From Rhynchobatus australiae (lineage: Eukaryota): a stretch of 64,000 nucleotides of DNA. Shown here in pieces: positions 38,601 to 50,600 of the stretch; the first letter of the stretch is position 1; every line of letters begins with the position of its first letter. Location of the stretch: NCBI GenBank assembly GCA_034780895.1, contig JAUZTB010000078.1:5910232-5974231 (forward strand), in the 5' to 3' direction. Under the pieces are notes generated by a model. It was not told the origin of the DNA. It saw only the letters and a list, made by a program, of their open reading frames with translations, and ran no database searches. A program made the position numbers and the translations under genes.

Positions 38601-41600
38601 AAGTCTCTTGCTACAACTGAGCACGGAGCAGAGTGCTTGGTAAGGGAGCTCGATGTCTGTCATGCAGATGCTGTGAGCCACCATCAGAGCTAGTTAAGTG
38701 TGTTCAAACACTTGATGTTGGCCCAGAGAGGGCTCTGGCAATGATTTGCCTGTACTGCCTATTCATTTAGAGGGTTTTGCAGAAACATTGGTGGGCTTTA
38801 GTTATGAGGTGCTTACTATACAGGGTCTTGGCCTTTGAGCCAACTTTCCTCTGGCTGAATGCTATAGTAATGCATTGGAGGAAATCACGGATTTCACCTG
38901 CTAAAAGTTGGCTCTGGAGATATAGAAAATGATGTGGTCGCCAGGATCACATTGTGGGCCCTGATTTTCCAAGGGGTGGAGAAGCCAGTGTTCTCTGGTG
39001 GGTGCAGGTTGATGAACGTCATCTGTGTACTGTACATTGACAGAGATTGGATAGTTTTGAAATGGAGACAATGGTTTGAATATATTTCTGTTTATTTTTT
39101 GAGGAGAGGAGCATAATTTCAGCAAGTAAAATTTGAGAAGAGGATTACTAGAGTTTAGGCTTGACCGCAGCCTAAACTGGGATTGAATCTGTGGTGGCCA
39201 CCTTGGTTAGCATCATGGTTTTCATGTCCTTGTAGAGCAAATTTGCAGCAAAATCTGAGCAAAGTCAAACTTGAGAATGATTCTCCATAATCCCCTTCAT
39301 TAAATAGAGTCAAAGGTTTTCATGAGGTTGAGAAAGGTTGTGTACAGCAATTGCTACTCTACTTTCTTGAATTTGTCATTTTCCTTGGATTTGTCACCAT
39401 CTGTAACTTGTCTTGTGTGACTGATGGAATCAACATCATGACTCTAGAAGGAACTTTTTGCCCACTGCGAAGTGGTGATTGAGCAGGATTCTTGCAATTA
39501 TTCTCCCTCAATTTATCACGTTCACACTTGCCTCCTTTCATGAATTTTGCTCTAAGCATTTTCACACTGAGCTGTGGGTGATTAATTACTGAATTGCCCC
39601 AGGTTCCTGGTACAGCAGTGGGGAGAGCAAGGGTTCATTGCCAGGTTCCTACCACAGCAGTGCTGTCAGTAACTGCTTCAGTAACCCTCATATCTTTAAG
39701 TTGTTGAAATAATATTTTTAACCCCTTGATGGGTGTGTAGCACTGAAATTGTGATCTGAAATCTGAAACAAAAACAGAAGGTGCTGATAGAACAGAGCCA
39801 GTCAAGCAACAACTGTGGAAGGAGAAACCAGTCAATGCTTTAGCTCAGCGAACCTTACCCAGTTCTGCCTAACTGGCTGAGTTCCTCCAACATTTCTGAT
39901 TTGTTTCAGATTCCAGAATCTTATTTGTATTCCACTACTATTGAGTTCACTTAAACCTCTTCCAGATATGCCTACTTTCCATTAGTTTCTTTCACACTGT
40001 TTGCCCTCAGTGGTTTCCACTTCTCTCTTGTCTCTCATTAAGTTCTGACCAAAACTCACTTCCACAGCTGGATTTCTTTTCCCCCAGTTCTGAGGAAACA
40101 TCACTGACCTGAAACACTGACTGGTTTCACTTTCCACAGATGCTGCTTACATGGCAGGGTTCTTCCAGCATTTCTGTTTTTGTTTCATTGTTCTTGAAAT
40201 GCTTCTTCCTATATTGGAATTTGACTGCCTGGATAAGCTCCTTGCATTTCAGCAGAATGAGACCTTGCATGGTGAAGAATCCATACTTTTTCTTGTATCT
40301 TTTGTTCTCTTTCCATTCACACCATCTGTTCATTGGATTGAGAGTATTTTGTTGGATGTTAGCCATCAGTTGCCTCACCTTGAGACACATATCCAAGTAC
40401 ACAGATAGCAGAAATCTAGCTGTGAAATTGAGCTGCAAGAAGAAATAAGAAAAGGGATATAGACAGCTTAAATGTCTTGAGACTGGCCTGTATTTCAAAT
40501 CCACCCCAGTCTGCCCTTATAGGCAGTCTTTCCACACTGAGCTGTGGATGATTAATTGCCCCAGGTTCCTGGTACAGCAGTGGGGAGAGCAAGGGTTCAT
40601 TGCCAGGTTCCTACCACAGCAGTGCTGTCANNNNNNNNNNNNNNNNNNNNNNNNNNNNNNNNNNNNNNNNNNNNNNNNNNNNNNNNNNNNNNNNNNNNNN
40701 NNNNNNNNNNNNNNNNNNNNNNNNNNNNNNNNNNNNNNNNNNNNNNNNNNGTACCATTTGTCTTTCTACCTATGCCTGCTCGTTTTCCTCCCATGTTTCA
40801 TGAACCAGCACATCAAGCTCCTTCTTGCTCCTGGCATTTAGTTTTCTGCCATTTGGAAAAAAAAACTTTTTATTTTCCTATCAATGTGAATGATCTTGCA
40901 TTTCCTCAGGTTATACTCCATCTATTGCCTTCTCCAGCCATTTAAGCTGTCTATATCCTTTTTCATATTTCTTCTTACAGCTCATTTTCACAACTAGATT
41001 TCTGTTATCTGCATACTTGGATATGTGGCATTGTGTCCTTCAGTACTATAGTTATTAATGTATTTTGTAAATAGTTAAAGTCTTAGTAGTGTCCCAGAGC
41101 ATAATTTCCACATTTGCAGGTGGTACAGAATCTGAAGGTGTACTGATCTCTGAATTTTAAATTTACTTGAAATGCCTAATGTAATCCCAGTTTCTTAAAA
41201 TAAGCCTAATCTAGAGAATAAATAATAGTTTCCAAATTCTCCAATCAGCGAGGCAACAATGTTATGGAGACTTCATTAATATTCCATAGAATAGAAAGCA
41301 GCTGTAAGTTACTTGCAGAAAAACAAGTGAGAATTCCAAAGGTTCACCACCCCCTGTCTGAAGACATTTCTCCTCATTTCAGTCCTCCTCTTGTTCCAAG
41401 ACTGTGACCCCTGATTCTATACTCCTCAGCTATGGGAAACATACTCCCTTTCAATTCCTGTTTTTAAAAAAAATGTTTCAATGAGATATTTCATTCTTGT
41501 AAACTATACTAAGTACAGGTCTAGTCTACTAAATCTCTCCTCATATGGAAAATGTTATATTCTCAGAATTTATAATATAGTAATAAAGAGTAAAGCAATT

Positions 41601-44600
41601 TGTCAACTGTAGCTCTTTGGTTAAGCTGCTCAATTAATCCTATTCCTCAGCTCCATCCCCTGTGACCTGTAAGTTTGTTCTTCGTGAAAAATTGTTATTG
41701 GGGCTCAAGAATTAGCTCTGACCTCCGCGTATTTATGGAACAGCCAAAATAATTGGACGGGTGTGGTTTTACTAGCAATACAAAATCACTTGTCACATTG
41801 GAGGAAAAAACACAAGAAAAGCTATGTGTTTTCCTAGTTTCCAAGATTCTACTACTAACCTATGCTGAATCTGCAGTGTAGGAAACTGCTTATAAAATAC
41901 TATTTTAATGGCAAAAGTCCCACAGTCACCATAGGCAGTCATGTGGAATTGAGCATGACTTACTTCCATTTTGGTTTTGTTGAATTCTGAGGGGATTGTT
42001 GAGGCCAGTTTGTGATCTCCAGACTCTTCAATGGATGAAACAGGGTGTCTGAAGGAATGGGAAGTTTCTGAGGTGCTCCTTTGATTTATACAGAGTTTCT
42101 GAGTACTACTGATATATGGGCTTCACGTTCTCAGTACCATCCTGAATGCTCCTCCTCCACTTTGAGCAGTTATGGGCCAGAAATTTTCAAGAGTAATTGG
42201 GAATGTTGCATCTTTTCAAGGAGCACATTGAATCTTTTCTTCCGTCCACCTGGTGGTCTCTTTCCATGACAAAAGTTTGGAACAGTGTACATGGGTTTCA
42301 TGAGTCAAATATGGGGCATGCAGACAATGTGGCCTGCCCAATCAACTGACTGTGTGTAACTAGGGCCTCAGTGATGGGGATATTGGCCTTGGAGAGGACA
42401 CTGACATGGCTCTCTGACCTTCCGGTGACTTTGGACAGTTTCGTAGAGACAGTGTTGGTGGTAACTTTTGCGCATGCTAAAGTGACTATAGGTTGTCAGT
42501 GTCATAGGTTGTCAAGGGCAATATAGATAGAGCTAAGTAACCTCACAAGCAGATCAGATTAAAGCTCATTGTGGTTGGTAATTAATTGGCTAACTAAATG
42601 CAGCAGCTCCCAGAAAATCCCCATCCTCACAAGTAGCAGGGTCACCATGAGTGCCAAAGACTGCAGTATTTACAAGCATGTTCAGCCAATAATGCCAATT
42701 AGATGATCCATCTCAACTCCTCCTGAGTTCCCAACCAACACTGAGACCAGTTTTCAACCAACTCAAATGCATTCCTTGTGATATTAAGAAATGAGTGAGA
42801 GTACTGGGTGCATCAACGGCTATGGGACAGACAACATACTAGCTGTAGCATTGTAGACCGGACCTCCAAAATAAGCTGTCCTTGGCAAGCTATTTCAGCA
42901 CAGTTACAATACTGGCTTCTACCAGACCATGTGGAAAATTGAAATATTGTTTGCAAACCTCCCAAGTAGCTGAACAGTGGCTCCCAGAATCATTGTGAAT
43001 TCCATATATCTGGAGAGATATTCAACATGATTCCCACTCAAATACGGATGAATTCAGAAATTCATCACTATTTCCATCTTGCATTCCCTTTATGATGACA
43101 TGCAAACCATGATCCTAAGTGATATCCCAACTCTTCTCGCAATATTTCTCACTGCTCTACGCCATCTCATCTTCAAAAAAAACTTCCTGCAAGAATGGAG
43201 CTAATCCAGAACTAATGGGAAAATGCTGAACCTACAGTGTCTAAGCTCCTGAAACAAGGGCACCCAAACCCCAGTAGTCCAACTGCAGTATGCAGATGAT
43301 GCTTGCATTTGCAGGTGGTCATAGGCCGAACTCCAAACCATTGTTGACTCAAAACATACAGGAGGATATCCCTCACACTCACCACCCATGAGACAAAGGT
43401 CCTGTACCAATCTGCCTCTGCTGTCCAGCATTGTCCTGACAAACAAAATATTCTTGGCAGAACACTAAAACAAAAAGATAACTTACATCAGTAGCAAACA
43501 TTTATGATGACATTCACCAGTGCTTTCAATGGACCAGCACAACCTTTAGTCAATTAAGGAAAAGGATGTTTGGATCAAGGTTTCAGACCTGGCCAAAGCT
43601 CATGGTCTACTGGGCATAAGTGATCCCCACTCTCCTACATATTTTACTATTTGGCATATATAAACATGTGGAGTGGTTGAGCCAGGTACATTAACAGTAT
43701 TTTAAAACAACTCTTGGAAGGTACATGGATAGGGAAAGTTTAGAGAGATATGGGCCAAACACAGGCAAATGCAACCTGCTTAAATGGTTGTCTTGGTTGG
43801 CATGGACTAGTTGGGTCAAAGGGCCTGTTTCTGTGCAGTATGACTCTAATTCCTGAATTCAGGACATCACTGGGCACCTCATCATTTTTAGGTATAACAG
43901 GTAATGCACCTGACAAGCTCTTCTGCACTCATTATTGAACCAGGGTTGATCCCCTGACTTGATAGTAATAATAGAGTCAGGAATATGGTAAGCCATGAGA
44001 TTGCAGTTTGTGGTTGTGTACATGCTCCAGGCATGACATTTTGCACTCCTAATTGAACCAGAATTGATTTCCTGGCTTAGTTGTAATGCTGAGAGGTATG
44101 CCCGGCCAGATTGTGGTGCTGTACATTTCTGCTACTTCCTGATGGTCCACTGCACTTTGTTGATGCCCATTTTAAAACTCCCAGATCTATGCTAAGGCTA
44201 TCTAAGTTAGCGCAAACATAGTGCCACCCAGTATGATACAGGGTATCCTTGGTATGAAATGCAACTTGTCTCCAGAAATATCGATCAATACTTATGGAGA
44301 CGATGTCTGCTGCAGGTAGGTTGATGAGGTCATGATCCTTGTGCTGATTCACTTCTAAACAGCTGCAGTCCCAATCTGGTGGCTGTGTCCTTCAGGACAG
44401 CCAGCCCAGTGATTTCTGGTGTTGCCAAGCCACTCTTGATGGGCACTGAAGATCCCCACCTCCCTCCTCCATCCCAAGATTATAATCTGTGCCCTTACTA
44501 TTTTTACTGTTTCTTCCAAGTGTTGGTCAACATGGAGGAAGATGCTGGTGGTCCTTTTGATTTGATGCCATGTAAATTCATGGGATTTGGAGATGACACT

Positions 44601-47600
44601 GAGAACAGCAAAAGGCGGCTACTTCCTGTATGTATGCTGCTGTGCACTGCCATTGGGAATGTCTCTAATAAACCTCTATGCAACCTACTTCTCATTGGAC
44701 ATAATTGACAACAAATTCTGCATATAATCATTTGAAGTGTAAAGCTTTAAGTTAATAACCCTTTATCAGGCCTATGAATTTCATTCCTGTGTTGGATGTG
44801 CTGTTTTTTAATGACATATCTGATTATTAGATTGAATTTGATTTAAAATTTACATTTCCTATGTAAACTGCTTGCCTCCTTAATTTGTATAGCTCCTGAG
44901 ATGTTCCAAATTAGATTGTGTAATTGTAATACTGCTGCTTTTTAAATTGCTTTTCTTCTCATTGTTGGAATTCTTTTCCTTTTCTGCAAGCCTCTCTTTG
45001 GGCTTGATTTCTGCTCCAACTGCTGTCTCCATTGACTGACAGTTGCTTCTCAATTTGTAGTCCAATTGTGACATTTAATTCTTTTTCACATAAAATTCAG
45101 CCTCGAAAGGCAGCTATCAACTTGAGGTCATGGGCTGAAGTCTGTTGTCTGCCTTGTCTTGAAATTCCCAGGGAAGCTGAGTTGCAAGTTAGATTTGGAT
45201 CTGGTTACCTGGTACCTTTAAATCTTTCACTCAAAACGGAAAGCAATTGCTGGAAAGAAGCAGCATTGTTGTGAAAGTGACATCAAAGCTGTGGCAAGGC
45301 TTGAGGGAGACTGGGTTTGAATTACTCTTGGGTTTCCTGTGACATCATTTACAGTTGGTTTGCCATCCTGATGTTAACCTTGTCCACATCCCTGATTTGT
45401 TTCCTAATATAAATTTAATTAATTTTGATTTTGTAGGTAGATCAAATCAAAAGTCTGTCTTTGCAAGTAATGTAGGCTACATAATATATTTATAATTATG
45501 ACTTGAGAGAAAGTGATAAGATATCTTTATTAGTCATATGTACATCGAAACACACAGTGAAATACATCTTTTGCATCGAGTGTTCAGGGGGCAGCCCGCA
45601 AGTGTCGCCACGCTACTGGCACCAACATAACATGCCCACAACTTCCTAACCCATACATCTTTGGAATGTGGGAGGAAATCCATCTTATGAGAAACACCTT
45701 TTACAATACAGAAAATAGTCTCATTCTTTTGCTCAATCTTGCGGCCATTTTACATATCTTTTACTTAACTATTAACGTCTTTCTCTGCTGGATAATACCA
45801 TGCAGAAGTAACATGTTTTTTTTCATTGAGTTATTTATAAGGCTCTTATCGTTTTGCCCTTTTGGGTAGTGAGGGGGGAAGTGAATAGGCTTATGTGTCT
45901 AACTCTCAAATACCAACCCATGCCCTCACATAACATGGCTGATGAAGACAAAAGCTTGGACTTTCAAATACAATTGACGTAAATAGTGATAAAATCACTG
46001 GAGCTCGTGATTAATGAATAAATTTGCTTAGAATTTTTGGGTTCTAGTTGTGTCCAGTTAAATGTGGAAAGCTGGGAGTTACAAGAATTGCCTTGCTTTT
46101 CCAGAATCTTGTATTTAAGAGTATCTTGTTGAGGAACTTAAGATATGGAAACATTAATATTTATGATGTTGGTGTACTTGTCCACTATCCCATCCAAAAG
46201 GGTTGGAATTGTCCACTCAAGTGAAATTAAAATGCCATACTAAATCTTAAGTATTTTTTTAACCAATCAACCATTGTGGCAGTAGTCTTCTTTAAGAAAT
46301 GTAGAAATTTGAAGATTTCATAAGACATTCCCTTACGCTTCCTGCTGTAGACTCTTGTTAATAAGGATGCCTCCGTTTGCTTGGTTGAAGGGACCCACAG
46401 CTGCTTGTTCTACTTGTTAAAGGTACAGGTCCCCTCTGGAGGGTGCCATATTGTTTTGGCTTATAACAAGAGATCAGAGCAAAAATTCGCAGAACTTTCG
46501 TGTCAAGTATTGTGAATGGTAGGTGCTGTTTGGCATACAACATTATACTGACCATGACGTTTAATGTATATTACCATGAACTAATTTAACATTAAGCAAC
46601 TTGAAATCTAATGGACCTTCATTCACTGAAGAGCCCTTTCTGTGATTTCATTATATGAAATATGTGCATTCTGAGTAATTGCTCTTTTTACTTCTGTCAC
46701 TTTTCCCTTTCTCTCTTGTTTTGCACTCCCTTTTGCCTTCTCTGCATGTTTGTATAAATCATTTCTATTGGTAGTCCGCAACATAATCGTTTGCTGTTTT
46801 AATGGGCTTTTCTGATGTATGTGAAATCATCAGCTGCAGTACATGATCTGTAAATTTAAGAAAAGTCATGTAACTTGCTGTCCTTTGCCCTCTGACCTGT
46901 CACAAGCCCTTTTGTTGTACCTGTTTTCCATTGAGTTTTTATGGGACGTTCACGGCATCCATGACAAGTTTTGTGGGCTAGGACTCATTGGAACAGCTTA
47001 GAAGTCCAAAGACAAAGAGTTCAGAGCAGGAGTGGAATGAAGGATTAAAGTGACAGGCAACAGGTAGTCCATCTTNNNNNNNNNNNNNNNNNNNNNNNNN
47101 NNNNNNNNNNNNNNNNNNNNNNNNNNNNNNNNNNNNNNNNNNNNNNNNNNNNNNNNNNNNNNNNNNNNNNNNNNNTCTGATACCTCTGGCTTGAGTGTTT
47201 CTGCTAGCTTCATCAGATTTAGATGACAAAGCTCTAAAGAATCTTTGGTATTTATGAATTGTCTAATTATATGTTAATACAGTTATGTCAACCTGTTTTA
47301 ATTGTCTACGGTTAACATTACAGTAATCTGGAAGATTTATTTACCAATGAGAAAACTATAAGATACGAGATATCTATTAGTCACATGTACATCGAAACAC
47401 ACAGTGAAAATGCTGCTTTTGCATAGAGTGTTATGGGGACAGCTCACAAATGTCGCCAAGCTTCCAGCACCAACATAGCATGCCCACAACTTCCTAACCC
47501 GTACATTTTTGGAATATGGGAGGAAACCGGAACACCCAGAGGAAACCCACGCAGACACAGGGAGAACATAGAAACTCCTTACAGCCAGCGCAGAAATTGA

Positions 47601-50600
47601 ACCTGGGTCGCTGGCGCTGTAATAGCTTTATGCTAACCACTATACTACTGTGTGGCCCTCTTTCTTCCCAGTGTATTCATTACACAGGCATATTCATCCT
47701 CTAGTCACGTTCGCCTTCTCAATTTGTAGATTTATTGGGCTCAACTTACATAACTCCCTTAATATCTGAAACTTTAACAAAATTCATTCTATATTTAACT
47801 TTTTGAAGTGTTTCTGTAATTTGTTATTCTACATGCTTATCTTCAATATATTTTGAATGGTTCTGGTAATCAAGTATCTCTTTCATTGTTTAACATGTGA
47901 TTACTGATGGAGATAAAAGCTTGTCAACTTCACCAGCCCAACCTTTTTATTTTATCTACACTTCAGTCCCCTGATTATCAAGGGTACAGGGCTATCCTAA
48001 AGATTTAAGTACCACTGATGTGTAGAAAGCAACACAGATCAAGATGACCTACAGTTAATCCTCTATCATTTGATCATTAACAGGGCTCAGTGCATTGCCA
48101 ATTACACCAGAATATATGGACAAGGAGGAATATTGGCTGGGATTTTTGTGGCCACCCTGTGGATTGTGTAGATATGTAATAGTTAAATTGAAGATAACCC
48201 TGAATTTGCCTACAATTTTCACCTGTTCAGTTTTTTTTAAAAGTTGTCTGAAAACAGCGTGACAGCATTCATTGGTTAGACTTGTTCGAACAGTGGTCAC
48301 ATGAGGAAGCAGTTGGTACCCTCAAATGATGTGGAGGAATATGAGTTTGGCGTTTTTGTGAAATTAGTTGATCTAACCAACACAGTAATTGTCTGGTTCT
48401 GTTTCTCTTAGAGTATGGAGAAGATGATTCTTGGAACACAGGAGGAGACGATGGTCAAGGTGATTATCTTTTAAATTTTATCACTATAATACAATATGCA
48501 GGCTTAGTGGGTTCAGAATTACCTGGTTTAAGATATTTTGCTTGTAGTTGATGCTATAATTATGTATCATAGTTGCAGGCATATGTATAGATTTTTATAC
48601 AATTCTTGACTAGTTTACACCAGCTAATAAAGTTGTTCGGTTTTATAATGTTGGCTTATCTGTGTAGAATGGGAATAATATTAATGAGCAACTCAATTTG
48701 TCAATAAGGATTAGCAGCTGTCTTGATGCTCACTACTGTGGGGATAGCGGTCTGCTGTGAGTTAGTGTAATTTAAAATACAATTCTTAACAATTAAAATA
48801 CAATGTGATGGGGTTATTGTCCCTTTTTTGTTTTCTGGCCATTGCCCACACCCTTCCAACTCATCTTTCCCTCCTTACCACTCCCTGAAAAAAAATTTTA
48901 AATAAAGATTTTTGGAAGGCCACTGAGCAGTCCAGCAGATTCATGAACTTCCCTTTGAAGATTAATTTGGAGCATCTTGGCCAGCATGGACAAGTTGGGT
49001 TGAAGGGCCTCTTTCCATGCTGTATAACTCAGAATCATTGAAAATATTGACCTGAGTGAAGGATTTGCCCTCATTGAATTAAGGTCAAGTGGCATAAAGT
49101 GGAATTGTATTCTCTCAATTGACAAAATAAAAACTGAGATTTTACTTTGGTACTCAGCAATGGAAGAATTGAGAACAAAGGGGAATTGGAACTAGATTTC
49201 TTTGATGTTAAAAAGGGAATCACTTGTTCCAAACAAGAGTACTGGAATTCTGCAACTTTCTTTTCCCTCTTTCTTTCTTCCATGTCAGCTCCCACTCCCC
49301 CTGCAAATTCAAAACGTTTTGTTGGATGAGAGATTTGCTAATTATGAAGTTATTGTTGGGTAAAGAGTAGAACTATTATGACTTGATTAAATTGTAGAAT
49401 AGAGTTGAATAGCTGACTGACTTTGTTCTGTTGCTGTGTTTGTTTTTCCTATGTGAATATCTGATTATATGTATTTTGTTCCTGTTAGGGTATGATGGCT
49501 ATGATTACAATTACAATCAAGATAATTCAGGAGATTATTCAGGAAATTATGGCTATAACTCTGACAATAAAGCTTGGGATACTCCTAAAAACCCTAACAC
49601 AGATTCCATCATCGCTAAGATCAACCAACGCCTGGACATGCTCTCTCACCTAGAGTGTGATAACACACCAGGTTCCTCTTCTCGGTCTTCAGGCCAATAC
49701 AACAGGTATCTTCTGGAAGGTCACTAGATGGTAAAATACTGTACTGAATAAGTCAAGAAATTGGACTTGGGACTGATGTGGCACTTTAAATTTAAATAGG
49801 CTAGCACCTGTGTCGGCTCTTCCTCCACCCCACCCCCTCTCGCCCAACCCCAAAGAGAAACTGGTGCTTGCCTATAGTATGGTGAGAAAACACTGGTTTA
49901 TACATTTTACATTTTAATGCTGCCATATATAACTTGAACTAACTCATTTAAGCATGGATACAACATAGATTTAACCAACATTGTTTAAACCTAAATTAAT
50001 CCACCTTATGTCTCACTTGGTATTTTGTGCCAGACATTCGAATCATTTTGAGACCGCCAGGATTGTCGGCATAATTGACCCTAGGTTTGGTTAATTGTTT
50101 TAGCAACGTGAATGGTTCTTCAAGGATTTTCATCTGCAATGCAACCTGTGCTTGGTAACGTGAAGAGTATAGATTGTAGTAACTTGTTATAAAATGCCCA
50201 GTCTTTCCAGTAATTAGGTTAAATTTACAGCAAATTAACAGATGTAATTCAGGACTGCAGTGAATGTTGGATAGTTGAATCATTTGTCTTTTAAAAGGGG
50301 CCAAAGTTTGTGTTTTTTTTTTCCCCATTCCCATGAGGAAAAATTGTAACATTGAATGTTTGGAAGCTGTTTGCTCCACTACTGAAACATATGCCATTTT
50401 GATTGCTCTAAGCCATCACTAGCTACTGTAGTTAGTAATTTAGACATTGTTACAGACAACAACATAAAACCACAAACACCATGATTACCTGAAATATCCT
50501 GTTTAGTCTTTAGTCTGCTTTCACTGATTGATTGGCAGGCTTGTGCCATCGTCCTTTCCAGCTACTGATTAGATTCCTTGCTTGCTCTGCAACTCTTTCA

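Noticed and set aside
48415-48459. ATG near the start of gene B exon 2 as the start codon
   Set aside because: Out of frame with the downstream exons; a 19-nt exon 1 at 31819 fits the phase and mirrors gene A
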